From Phoronis australis (lineage: Eukaryota; Animalia; Phoronida), in NCBI GenBank assembly GCA_002633005.1, contig NMRA01000160.1, positions 145,640-209,639 of the forward strand: 64,000 bases of DNA, written 5' to 3'. The position numbers were made by a program, and so were the translations under genes. Positions 21,723-35,400 of this stretch are shown here, piece by piece. The notes under the pieces are model-generated. The model ran no database searches. It worked only from the letters and a program-made list of their open reading frames with translations, and was not told the origin of the DNA. Within the stretch, counting starts at the first letter, position 1. The number at the start of each line of letters is the position of its first letter.

Positions 21723-23384
21723 ATTGTGATCGGATATAGTGGACCGACTTGTAAACACAGGGACTGCATTGTTAAGTAGTTGATGAACCTGGTTCTCTGA
21801 GTCGGGGTCCTCTTTATCTGACCAGTGCCAAATATATTATAATGCTGTTTTTGCCTGCTTTGTGAAACGTGCTTCCGGTGAATCATATATGAGCCTCCGT
21901 TAGCCACTCATTAACGTAACATGCAATTGCCTATTAGCTGAATGGTTAGCATGCTTGCCGGTTAAATCGTGGTCGCTGGCTCGATTCCCAGCTATTATGA
22001 CAGCTGTTTGGCATACGGGAGCTTATCTCGATCTTTTAAGCTCACCCCTCTCTTACACAATGACCTATGTATAATAAAGAGAGTGCAACTACTTGATTTC
22101 CAGGATTTGCTCGAGGTTCTCAATCTTTGTACTGTGTTGGCGTGTCACGTACTGGCGGGGTTCGTTGAAAACCTCATGATTCTTCTGTGAGGTCGTGACA
22201 CAGTTGTTCCCGTTTTTGTTGATCTTCATTTTTATGCAGTGACATAATACTCTGGAGAGAGTGTGGTCACTTAAACCAAGAAGAAGAAGCACGTCTTGTT
22301 TTCAAAATGCAAAATGTGTGCGCATGTGTACAAAATTGCTTATATGTTATGCTTTGTAATATGGGCCAGTTGCCTTACTACATGAAATAGTGCTTGACAT
22401 TTGACATCTAGGATCACTGCTTCCTTACCCAGCTGTTGTGAAGTTTTGGTCCCGGGTGTGACGCTGTCTCATAAAGCCCCTCTAAATCACTTGCCAATGG
22501 GCATATTGCTTGTTGGCTGGTCAATCTGGGTGACCTACTCTCATGCTGGTGGCCTAGATTCGAAGCTTCACTGTTCTGCTGGTCACCGAAATAGTTATGC
22601 AATTCAAGGATTTTGTTAATGAAAGATGTAATGCGTTTGAGAGAAATCTTGATTACTGAAGTATTTGTCCGAATTCAAAGAATTTAAACATCTTCACAGT
22701 CTCTGAAGGTGTCCCTCTGTGCTCTTTGGTGTTTTGGCCAGAGTGAGTCATGTACAAGTGACATCTGAAGCAGCTTTGCTAGTCCAGTTTAAGTAGTAAG
22801 CGCTTTTTAAAAGGCCCAGTTTTAGTTTTCTTCTAAGTATCTTTGAGTGAAGTTATGATTGAACCATAAATTTGTTCTTACTTTTCACAAAGCGTTGTTT
22901 TTAAACCTTTTCTTGAGGCACTCCACATACTCTTGGTCTACCCAGCGGTTGACTAGTAATCTGATCTGATACAAACAGCTTCTATAGAAATGAAGGTAAA
23001 AAATTGCAGACTGATGGCAAATGTGCAAGATGGTCCACGAAATTGTTTCTCCAATTCGCATGCATGAATAAGATGCGAATCTCAAGTTGATGCGCCTGTT
23101 ATTCTTTTAAAATATTTCACTATTTGTCAAATATTGACTGACATTTCTGGCATCCGCTTTTCAACTCCTGGCAATGTTATCCACTTTCAAAACCATGTGG
23201 CAAATTCCTCGGACAAATTTCTAAAGTTCTATTCATTTTTCCAATTCCTGAAAATGTTGCCTTTCAGTTTATAGTTTTACGAGATGAAACATAAAACCAT
23301 ACCCCTTTTCTCACTTTTTTTGCTTTCTCTTGTAGAAAGGTGAACCTTCTGACTTAATACTTGTGGTGCCATCTACCAGTAAGG

Positions 23385-23457
23385 ATGGACCAGAAATTAA
23401 CGGAGTTTATAGGTCTGACTGGTTCAGATCCTGGCTTAGCTAGAGATCTCCTTGGTG
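23385..23457 (+). CDS. OTUD7: OTUD7 coding exon 1
   Basis: [24 protein letters not shown]; acceptor at 23335, donor GTAAGT. Confidence 0.85.
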
Positions 23458-26400
23458 GTAAGTATACTTTACTTCCTGAAAGCGAATTTATTGGTTCAAG
23501 AAAATAACTACGGTTTTAAAACTTGACATGTTTCGGTGTCATTTATTAAACACCATCCTCAGAAGTAATAATACAGTGGCCACCTAGCTAGGCCCAGCAA
23601 CAAGTAATGAAGCACAGATACAGTCAGTTACAGGGAGTGACAATGAACTAGACCAACAATGACAACCTGTGGTGTGTCAGTTGCCTATTGAGATTGGGCT
23701 TGCACCAACTGATATGTAAAGCCTCACGAATTTTAAGCTCCTTTGTTGTTACTGCTTAGTCTATTATTGCAATAATAGACCAGGCAGTAACAGGTTGTCA
23801 TTGTTGGTCTAGTTCATTGTCACTCCCTGTAACTGACTGTATCTGCGCTTCATTACTTGTTGCTGGGCCTAGCTAGGTGGCCACTGTATTATGACTTCTG
23901 AGGATGGTGTTTAATAAATGACATCGAAACATGTCAAGTTTTAAAACCGTAGTTATTTTCTTGAATTTATGCTGCTACTTGCTATCATGGAGAATTTATT
24001 GGTTTGTGTAATGATGGTTTGTAAATTTTTGCTAGTTTATTATGCACACATAAAAATGGCCTCCCATCTTTCAGTCTATCGTTACTTTTGCTTGTCCATC
24101 GATTTTCTCAGAAACCCTTTACGCATAATTAAATTGGCACAGGGGTTATGTGTTGGGGATTCAATGCATCAATCAATTGTCTGATGAATTTAACTAACGT
24201 ACCCCCTGCATCCACGAAATCTTGGTTGGCTTGTCGATTTTAAGTGTTATCCAATCCATTTTAAGTGTTATCCAATCCATTTTAAGTGTTATCCAATCCA
24301 TTTTAAGTGTTATCCAATCCATTTTAAGTGTTATCCAATCCATTTTAAGTGTTATCCAATCCATTTTAAGTGTTATCCAATCCATTTTCTGCAAACCACT
24401 TTTCATCTACCCCATATCCACAAAATTGTGAGGATCTTGGCCTTTCTCATAACGGCTCAAACTTCTAGTCCTAACGTCTTGCCAATTGCCTGCAAGTTTG
24501 ACCTCCCGTCGTTAGATGAACTTCTTAAGCTTAGTTCAGTCTGAAAAGACGGCATGAATTAATTGACTCTAAAATTCTTATCCACTCTTATGAACTCACA
24601 AAGTAGGTCAATAGGACAATGCTGCAAATACTAGATTGAAAATCCGAATTGGCAAAATGGCGCATGTATGCGTTGTCTGTGACTTGGGAGTCGTTAACGA
24701 AAACGGAATCCGATCATGGTATAGAATATTACAAGAGTGATTATTCGAGACTAAAAGACCCAATTCAATCCTTGTCGTTTGCTCGCTATACACTTGGCGA
24801 AGGGCAGCTTTAAGGTAGACCCAGTGTATGCAGATGCGGAATCATTGTGTAACATAATTTGGCATAAACTTTGAATATCAAAACAGTACCATTGGTAGTC
24901 GCACTGTCCTACGAAGCAAGATACAGTACTTGTTGTTTTTACCATGAACTGGATTATTGTGCGAAGTCTGTTTGTAATAGTTACGCACAATTCTGAGTAT
25001 TGCTTACCAACCCAGACATGACACCGCCATTTTAGTTCACGAGCTGACTGCCATACGATCTTTATGTGTGATACTAGTATTTGGTTACAGAAACCTGTCG
25101 AGTGTCTCATTGACTCAGACAGTTGAACAGAACTAATTTGCATATGGCATGGGGTCAATGGACACGTATGAACAATATTTTAAAAGTGGACTATGTGTTG
25201 CGTATTTGTAAGTGGCATTGTTAAACTAGTTATTTTAAAGAAAATGTACTACACCTATGTCATGCCATAACAAAAAAGGAGAGACTTTCTTTGTCGTTTG
25301 GGAGAAAACTGAAATGACAAGCAGATGACTATGTTTTTTGAAATTTGAAACTAAAGGAAAATGTTTTGAAATCGACAGAAATTAAAAGCTTTACAAACAA
25401 ACCTTGAAAATACCCGGTGAACAGTTTGACTTTTGTTTCAGTGGCAGAGAACCACTTTGAGCAATGGAATTTAGTCTGTTTTTCATGTTCTGTGCCACTT
25501 TGAAAGTGAGGATAGTTATTTATTGGCAAACTTAGTAATTTAGAGGGCAGTCCTTTCACTGACAAATCTACGGCAGGAGATCGACCAAAATTTCCAGATA
25601 AAAACCTTCACGATACCTTCAATAGCAGTCCTTGGTCTCCCTTTCGGCCCATGTGTATGTGACTTTGCAGGGCTGAACATAATTTTCTTCAATAACTTGT
25701 CCAGTGTAACAAGTAAGTATAAAGTTTATTTATCCTGACCTACTGTCCACTGTCCTGACCAAAAACTTTATCAGGAAGCTTCAAATAGAGTTTCAAATAG
25801 ATCTTTACAATTGGGGCAAAGTTCAAGCACTTCTGTAAGGCATGTAAGGTCCGTTCTAACTTGCACAGATCTGGACCTCTGCTTTAAGAGTTCTTGCCCC
25901 GAGTCAGTTCGATCGGGTTGGCTTTGGCAACCTTGCGGACCACAATCTTATACCAGATAGTTCACATGAGTGGCAAAAGTGCAAGCGAAATGTTAGCGTT
26001 TTAACCAGAAGAGCTAGCTGACTGTAAGGTGATTATTTTAGTCAGCAGTTAGTTTGCTTTCTCACCACTCGAATCGCTTCTAAGCGAAAATTGGTGTCAA
26101 GTCACGTTTTCTCTGCCATAAATTGCTTATGTCAAAAAATTCACCAGTTTGGGACTGTAGTCTCTAAACTTTGGGACACTGAAATTCAAACCAAAATTGA
26201 ATTTTCATGATTCTGATGATCGAGGCGTGAGCATGTTTGTTGCTCACCTTATTTCTCAAATATTTAACACTTGTGTCAACAGAGTCTGACTTTTCAGTTA
26301 TTAAAATCGTTGAAAATAGACATTTTCATGCATCCTCATGCACAGCATGAAGGTAAATGATCATTTGTCAGTGATTTTAATTTTTGAATTTGGTACAAGC

Positions 26401-29400
26401 TCCAACATTGAGCAAAATAGTAACATTTTCAGTGTCCCAACCTGGAGAGTTTGTACCATAATGTGATCGTAAACAAATGTCTCCTACCCCTGCCATATAT
26501 GTGGCCTTTGAAGTAAGCAGCCTGGGTACAAAAGTGGTACTAGGGAAAATGTCAGCAGTTTTGGAGTAACTCAAAGCCCCAATAACAGGGACAATTGCAC
26601 CTGTTCACTTGACTGGTGTTTTTGCTGCTAGTGAAAGTCCAAGTGATAATGCTACCCTTTTAGTCAAGTTGTGATCGGTGTGCAACTTTGACTGCAACAT
26701 ATACAGTGTCAGAGTGTCTGTGTGTAGATCACAAAAAAGACTTAAGGCCAAAAAAATACCGGTAATTGGTTCTGCTCCCTGGCTTTTTTGAAAATCTCAT
26801 CGGTGGTGAGTCATTTTTCTTAGTTTCTCACTCTTTCGAAAAATAAAATCCAGCTGAGACGAGCAAAATTTATGCAGGAAATTGTTTACTCATTGCTTGG
26901 CAAATCACGGGTGTTTCAAACCTCGGTGATTGCAAGTCTCAAAATGAGTCGGAGTGGAGACTAGAACTGACAATGCTTTTTTGGCCTAATGTGCATTGAG
27001 CAGCAGACCTTTTAACAATCAATGCTGTGTTCAAGTTTATGATGATGAGATGATGAGATGATGATGAGATGGTGAAAGTCGGGGGGGTTTCCTTAAAGTT
27101 GTATTGGACCTTATTGACAAATTTGTGCATATTTAGCCAGGTAGCTACAAAACTATAATCTTAACCCAGTAAAAGTATGTATTTTGTGAAATTATAAACC
27201 CTGTAGACTTTGGTTTTTGACTTATTACCAGTCGGCCATTAATTGGGTTACCGTACGTGGCTAAGTCTTTTTATTAAAATTTAACAAAAAGGTGGATTTA
27301 TAGGAAGACAATGGTAACTATAACATGACCAATTTTCTTGTATAATTATGTTCACAACGAAGTCACAATAATGCTGCTACAGTTTTATCAGTTCATTTTT
27401 ATTTTATCTAACTTTTGTTTTTTCAAAAAAAATTATAAAAGTCCCATACTTTGATGACCTCGCACGCAAAAGTGGAAATTTTAAAAACACTTCCTAACAA
27501 TCTTTTGGAGAACATTGCTTAAAGCATGGTATTTCAGGGGCGGATCCAGGATTTTGAGTTTAGGGGGGACCAAGACAGAGTATTAGCCAGGATTTTGCCT
27601 GTTAAACATTTGAACCACCGAACTGCCAAATGGAATCTGGGAAATTTTAGGGGGGGGGGGGGAAGGCATGGCCCCTTTGACCCCCATCTAAATCCGCCGC
27701 TGTATTTGAAAGTTTCGTATTAATCTAATTGGCCATTTCTGAGATTTCATTTTCCAAAGTTTAGTCAAATTTGGACATTTTCTTCATAACCATAAGAGGC
27801 ACAATATTCTTTCCGTTAACTGCAAAACCTGTGTCCTGGTTAAGGTGAATATTCAAAAGTCCAGTTAAGAATATTGAATAGTGAAATGTTCTGTTTCTTT
27901 TGTGCAGGCTATTCTTTTCAGTTTTGTTGCCAAGGTGATTTAAAAGCAGACAGATTTTGTGTCAGATTTGAGTCTCTGGCATTCCCTGATATCTTGTTTA
28001 CAATTGTATTTTCCATATGTTTTCATCTTGGAAGAATATTGAATTATGCAAAAGACAGGAACCACTTATGGTATTGATTGCAGTTATGGTGTTCATACAG
28101 GTTGACCTAAAAAGTCGAGTCCAGAAAATCTTTTGAATTTTAAAAGAATTCAGTAGACCTTAACTTCAGTCTCTGTATGACCTTTCATCGAAATGTGATA
28201 GGAACGAGTCAGGTTGCATTGAAATGTAGTTTAGAATTATATTACACAATTTTTGCTGGTTCGTTTTTTGGGATCATCCTGTATCTTTGCTTAATTCTTG
28301 CTCGTCTCAGTGGAGGAAGGTTTCCTGTTAACTGGCACATGAAACTTTGAACTCTTAGATTGTCCAGAGGGAGGCTTGCGTGTAATTTGAGAAATAGATC
28401 AACTGGTAATGTGATTTTTGAGATTTTGTATTAAGTTGTGTGGGAGAACATCAATGGTGATCAATAATTATCATCGCTTGTTAAGAAGAGAGAAAGTTTG
28501 ACCAATCTCACATGCCATATGTTAGAACAACGTATGTCTAATGATTGTAACTGAAAGCTGAGCTTGTCACATTCAATGGAACTTGAAGTTGCCATATTTG
28601 ATAATTTGCAAAAGTTGAAAATTAATGCTTTTAGGGATCACTGATTGCTCGTAATTGCCCTATCGCAAGCTCCACCCCCTTGCGAATTGTCAACAAACAA
28701 ACGATAGGTTTTACCCAGCAACGTATTGTTTGTCAGGTAAATTGGTGGCGTGGACACGAAGGTGTGTCACGAGTGCTGCGTTCTGATTGGTCAGTTAAGC
28801 CGTCACTCAAAATCAGGTCAGTTGCCAAGCTGTTACGCTAGTTCAGGATATTGACCTCAAACCACTGATGCTTGGAGCCTTTTTCAAGCACTAATTTATC
28901 AGAAAAACTCGATTTTGTTACTGTGTGGATTTTCAAAAGTTAGGGAAGTGGAAATTAGCTTACTGATGCGTGCTGTTCATTGGTGATGTATTCTAGCTAG
29001 AGATGTCTCTGTTGCTTGTACAGAATTTCACGACAACAACGCATGTGGCAGGATTACACGACCATTCATCGACTACTTGCTCTTGTGACAGAACTGAGAC
29101 AAGAAAACTACTTTATGTGCAGATTTAGTGTTCCAAATGAGTAAAACGATGCACGCTAATGGCGGTTTATTTAATAAATGTGTCATGGCAGGATTCGACT
29201 GATTCACTTGGTAATGAAGGCATGTATGGTAATTCACAAGTTATTTCGCACAAGAATAATTGCCAAGAACGTTCATTTTTCCATTTTAAAAAAGCCGATC
29301 ACCTGTTTTTACAAATAACGGGCGTTTCAACAAATGTTATATGCCATCTACACCATACAACCCACTCTTGTAATATACTAGAGTGTACTTAATCTTTTGT

Positions 29401-32400
29401 GGCGAAATTTGACAAAATAGAATTTCACTTGTCGTCCATATTGTGTGCTAAATAAGTGAAGAGTTAACCTACGTGAGTTCTTGTTTGTGCAGATGCATCG
29501 AGGACATGGTCTGTCGACGATCGATCTTCTCTGAAAATTTTAGTCGCGTCGTTATGAAATTAAGTTAAATTTTTAATGAAGTTTGGTTACCCAGTTGAAA
29601 GTTTCTCTCAGAAGTTATTTCGCATTTTGTGGTGTACACTGTTCCGAGAATTTTGTACGTGGCTGAGAATTTGAGTACCATTCATTGTTGTATTGGATGG
29701 TGGTGGCTCAATGGTTGACATAACAGAGCGACCTGAATTTTGTAAATGTCAGCTGAGATTTTGGCCAATTCGGTTCATAGTCCCATGTGTGCGACTTGAG
29801 GAATCCAACTCACCTGAACGCATGTATTTTTGGTCGCAAAAGTTGTGCAACCTGGGATTTGTGTGTGCGAGCTGAGTTTCAGAATTGTGAGCGGGTTGCA
29901 AACGTCAACCTCATAATTTTCATGGAATAGGATAGAACAGTACAATTTATTTCTAATTGAAGGCCTTCGGCCCACAAAATATTTGTACATTGAGAATATT
30001 TTGCATGATAGCTGTGTCCACATAACAGTACATGCAAACTCATCATTTCATTTCTTATTTCGTAATATGCTTTTGATAATAAACTTTGTCAGGTCTTTCA
30101 GACAGTGCTCCATATTAAAGAACATTTTGTGAATCATCACTAATAATAGGTGTGTGTTTCAAGTAACTTCATCTCAGATCTGCTAAAATTGGACATCGAA
30201 ACAGAAACTGACTCACTGTTTCTACTTCTCCCTGATTGGAAATAGAACACAATCTTTGATCACAGGGTATACCATTTCGTCAGCTCAGTTCTAAATTAAG
30301 TTGACGGGTTGAACACCTTGTGTTGGCTTTGGCAAAGACTTGACCAAGTGACAAATTTCCGAGCAAGTATTTCTCACAAACCACGCTCTTACATGACTGA
30401 ACTGTAGAAATTACACTGAACTCCATGTTTCTAATAGCTTGCAATATCGTTTTTGAAAATTTACGTCTTTGAATCTGCTTGAATTCATACGTCAATATGT
30501 GTTCATCACCAACTACTAAACGACAAGTTATCAAGCATTGCTTTGGTAATCTATTAACTACTCATTTTGAATAATTTCAATAAATATATTTTCCTTGTTT
30601 TTTTTTCAATAAATATTTAATTGGCTTTCACATGTATGATAGAACTAATTCATACCGCCCACATTCACCTCGAGTTGTAACATTTGTTGTTTTTCTGACC
30701 AGAAAGCAAAAGTCATAGAATTTGTAATTTTCATAATGTGGAGGATTGTGGGTCAAAATACTGACCAAGTGACTCAATTTCCTTCATCTATAATTTCCTT
30801 TCCTTTCAGCTACTGACTGGGATGTTCAATCTGCCTTGCGCAGATACGAGTCGATCAAAGGGGGCATAGGCCCTCACAAAGGGCAACCTGTGGCGGACAG
30901 TCCTGATGGAGGACCCTTGTCACCATTGCGACCTCGGCTGCAGAAAGGTCAAGCTGTCGATGATTGTGAGTAACTGCATGGTTTTGTAACTATGCTTCCA
31001 GTTTCACTATTCAGGGTATTACAGAAATACCCTGTTTGGTTTCAACTCCAGGGGAGGACAGTAGTTTCTAAACTGAAGCTATATCCAGACATTAATCATG
31101 TCCATTGCCAAGGGTTCCTGTGCTCTTTTGTCGGGCACCACAACTTGCAGGCCGTTACTCTGTCATGGTTCAATGGGTTACTAAAACCATTAATGGAGAC
31201 CAGAGAATGGAAACCTAGCACATCCATATTGTCTAATTTTATCGTAAGACTGATTCTTTTTTACGAGGTTCTCAATTTAGAAGCTAAACAGTCGGAAAAT
31301 CTCCCGTGTTACTCCACGATATATCAATTTATTTTAACCCATGTGTTACTACTACTGTAACTGTTGTTGGTGAAATTAATTGACCGCAATTAAAAGGAAA
31401 CGTACGCAGCCTTCGCTCAAAAAAGCGTGAACTGCAACGAAAATAACCAACTCAGTTCACTTAACTTCCATGGCTAGTTACAAAGTAGAGTGAGGCCTTG
31501 CTCAAACTAGGATTCAGAGTTATAGTGAAAAACCTAGACCCTAACGGCAGCGACAGTCGTGAAACTGTGGCTACCGTGGTAATTACTCTACTCCTCCCCT
31601 ATTTGACCTTAGATCTGATTTCTTGATAAACCGGCCTCTTGACGGCAGCAGGACTTGCTTCATATATGGTGTCCAAGCTTGGCGCTCTGTTGGGACTAAA
31701 GTTTGGTTACTGTGTACTGGTATTTTTGTCACGTTAAGGATTGTGGGTCTGGAGATTTGTACCACATGTGTTGAGTTTAGGAACTCCAGTCGGGCATTTG
31801 TACGGTGAGTTTAGTGTATGCTGGTCCAAAACAGAGGCTTAGAATATCATCGCTTTGACTTTGGAGACACGACCATGCAGTTGTTTCCCTGGTTCCACTC
31901 CCTGTCATTTACTTTCCATACAATGATATGGTTGTCACTGTTGTCACATTTATGCTCAAGACAATTAAGTGTAGTTGTGTGCAGTTTCTTGTATTGTGGC
32001 CAGTTATTTATTGCTTAGTTACTGGTCTATGCATCTTATTCATTATTTACTTTGGTCTGCCTCTGTCCTCTGACCTCATGGATTTGTATTGCTACAATAC
32101 CATTGCATCCTCCACACTTGGCTCCTTGTATGGTAATTAAGGTGTTTTTACAACTTGGTTTAGGTTTCAGATGTCCTGTTGCATTGATTAAGTAGGTTTC
32201 CATGTATGAGGGATTTATCTAATAGGTTTATCTGATGTCACCACAGTTTCTATTGCTTGTCACAAATCATTACTCACTGAGCAATTGTCATTGGAGTAGA
32301 TATGACAATTAATCTGTGCTTACAAGCTCTTTCACACTAATGCTGATGCATGGGGAGTTGCGGCCAGTATGAAGGGTTAACTTTGGTGCTGGATCGAAGG

Positions 32401-35400
32401 TAACAGCGCCAGTTAACTTCGCATTAAACGGGTTGATTTAACAACGGTGCATCGATGCTGTGGTGCGGTATAATGGTCAACTTCGGTCTCATCGAAGCTT
32501 TTGCCAAGGACCACTGCTATCGCCAACAATTAAAGGGCAGTGTCATCGCCAATAGTTGTTTATATTTTGCTCAAATAATCACCTATCGAATTTAGAAAAC
32601 TATAACAGTGTTTTTGAACATTTATATCAAACAGAATTTGTTCATGTTTTTAATACTGTTTACCTTGTTTCGTTATGAACGTAGCTTTCTTTTTTACTAA
32701 ATGTTACTAAAATACATAAATGGTCACATGATCCAAGCAAAGGCAAGTTGGTAAAAAGTCAAAACTCGAATTCTACATGCTGTCTACTTTTAAAAAATAT
32801 CTACTCTTACTAAGTTAAAATCTATAGTTTTGTAAGTGTTTAGCTAAATACATAGACCTGTAGATAAGAAACTACGTAACGTTGAGGTATGTCATGTCTC
32901 ATTAATGGCAGGTGACAAAGGTGAAGCACATTTCCTTCTATTTTGGTCATTTTCCGACATGAAAACTCTTTGTGCGAGTTGTTTAAATATCTCATTGTGC
33001 AGTAGAGGTAATTTTACAACATGTTGATCTCACGAAATTTAACAAAAAAATGCTGTGAAGTCCCACAACTTAAAATCTCCATCAAAGTCACATGTGAAGT
33101 GCAGATGGCGCTGAACATCGTCCACAAGTAACCCATCGCCATTTTGTGACAATTACGCTTCATGAGAAAACATCCACCCGGTCCCGTCACTCCGTCCTAC
33201 TCGACTGTGAGCCTTCACCAGTCGAAATAAATGACTGGCCTTATTCAGTCATGGCTGACCTGCCAGAAATGATGAAAGTCGAGGATAACTATAATTAAAT
33301 TAATATAACGGTACTCCCACTGTACTGAGTGGTGACTGTAAAATTCTAGAATTTGGGACAGCTCAACATTGTTTTTTTTTCGTTTGGATATGTTCCACAT
33401 TTTAGAAGTCTGCAGTGTGGAAAACTTATTTACGGGTAAAGTCAAGATTAACACAATCATATGTTATATAGAATTGGGATATACCTGTGGTTGTTAGAGA
33501 ACAATTGAGAGAAAAGGATTTCAGTACCACACCTAAGGTGACTAGGTTCAGATTGTTTTTACCACGTCTTTCTTGCTGACAGCATGATTTAGTTATGAGC
33601 TGGATGTTAAAAATAGGCATATGCTATTGTCACTGATGGTCTTTATCTGACTTAATGCTTTATGCCAAACTTAGCTTTGACACTACCCACAGTTATGGGA
33701 CAATCGCCACTTCCTGGAATGCTTTGTCTTGAGTCTGGTATTTTCACCCAATGCTCTGCGTCCAGTCGATAGGACAAACTAATCACTATTTTGCATTATA
33801 ATTTGCCATTTGCCACTCTGATGCCAATAAAGTTGCATGTAGTGAGTTGTAATTCAGACAACAAAAAATTAAAAAGCTGAGTAAGGAGTGATAAATCGTA
33901 CTTCCCTTGTCCAACTGGGTTCAGAAGTGTGTGAGTTGGTCCTACCTTTTTAAAAATAGGAGTAACTGATGTTTGCAGTCTGTTCTGCCAACACTTTTAT
34001 ATTTTTATAAGCAGCCCAAGAACAGCCCAGCCCCAAATTGGAAGGGAGATCTGTCTCCTTGCCATGAGGAAGCTGTAATTCATTGAGGTAGTTTGTAGTT
34101 ATAGGCTGTGGTTGCTCATTTTGATCATGCATCATTCATCTGAATATCAACATTTTGCGTTTAATTGAACATTTTGCTAACTGCTCAAAAGACGCCTTTG
34201 AGAACGCTTATTTTTTAAATCGACTAATCTCCTTCAATCTGCCTTCTTGTAAGAATTCAACTTCTGAATGTGGTATGAGGACCAGGTTGGTTGTGCCTCG
34301 AGGGTTTGCCTGAAAAATACACCTGAATAGTTTCACGCGCCATGCCATAGATTATTAAATTCCTAGTATGTAATTATTTGCCTATGTTGATGCTTCAGAA
34401 GTTCTTGCCTGTCTAACACACAATCAGGCATTCAAGTGGAATTTAATTTCGTTAATTTTCTCAATGTAAATAACTGTCAACTGCTGGCTAACTGCTCCTT
34501 TGCTAGCTTGGTTTGTGTATTGTGCAAATGTCATATCAGAAGGTTGATCAGATGTGAAATTATGGAAGCTTGGTAACCAGTTTTGAAGAAAACGGAAAAA
34601 TAGCAATTTCTGCAAGTTTTGTGCGAAATACGGTTAAATCTCACCAATTTAGGACAAAGTAATTGCTAAAATTGGTCTTTTTTCAAAGGCGTCTAAAACT
34701 ACAACAAGCATTGGCGAGGTTTTACTGTAACTGAAGAATCAAAATCATTTTTTATCTTGCGGGCATACTTTGTACAGTAATTCTTAGAATTAGCACACAA
34801 TTGGCCGACAAGGGAAATTCTATTTTGTCAAAAATTTCTGAAAAAATAAAGGGAATTTTATTTATTACTTGCACGGTTTGTACTGTGTATATGTCATGAA
34901 ACAACTTGTGCTAAGTTTCCATTATTTGCAGTAGTTACTAGCCTTTAAGAACGAAAACTGACAATTTCGGCAATTATTTTTGTGCGGAGTTAGTGGAGAA
35001 TTTGTAACTGTATGATTGACTTAGTTATGGAAATGGGCCTCTCACAATCTTCTAACTCTTCTTAATTTCAATATTTATGTCTGCATTGCTACTCTCAATA
35101 TGCAACAGTAAAGCTTCCTTCGCATTCTTGATAATAGGAAACGGCTCTTTCTGAATGCTCCTGATAAAAAAATAACTTGCTGTCTTCAACTCAGTTTTCA
35201 TCATGGTATTTGACTTCCTCTATTTCGATAACAATCATATTCTACTCTGCGCTGCTGTAAGGTCTTGACCTCTTGTATAACAAATGGATACAACTAAGTT
35301 GTAAACTGCATACCTGAACAAAAACAAACACAAAATCATATCAACATGGAAGTATTGACTCATGCTGTGGTCTGGCGATAGAGACATGATGAAGCCATAT

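Larger units (their letters stand above)
23495..23965 (-). mobile_element. 5'-truncated Penelope-like element with inverted pLTR (palindrome)
   Basis: ~176-bp near-perfect inverted arms; minus strand 23770-23648 reads [30 protein letters not shown]...LV*, like a Penelope GIY-YIG C-terminus; GAATTTAT repeated at 23484 and 23963. Confidence 0.85.

Noticed and set aside
21933-21995. tRNA gene (A-box TAGCTGAATGG, B-box GCTCGATTCC); similar at ~36825-36880 on minus
   Set aside because: No acceptor or anticodon stem pairing; at most decayed SINE heads
24194-24431. Repeat ORFs (KMDWITL)n / (SILSVIQ)n, or a CRISPR-like array
   Set aside because: Pure head-to-tail tandem repeat with no spacers, in a eukaryotic intron; the ORFs follow from the 21-bp period
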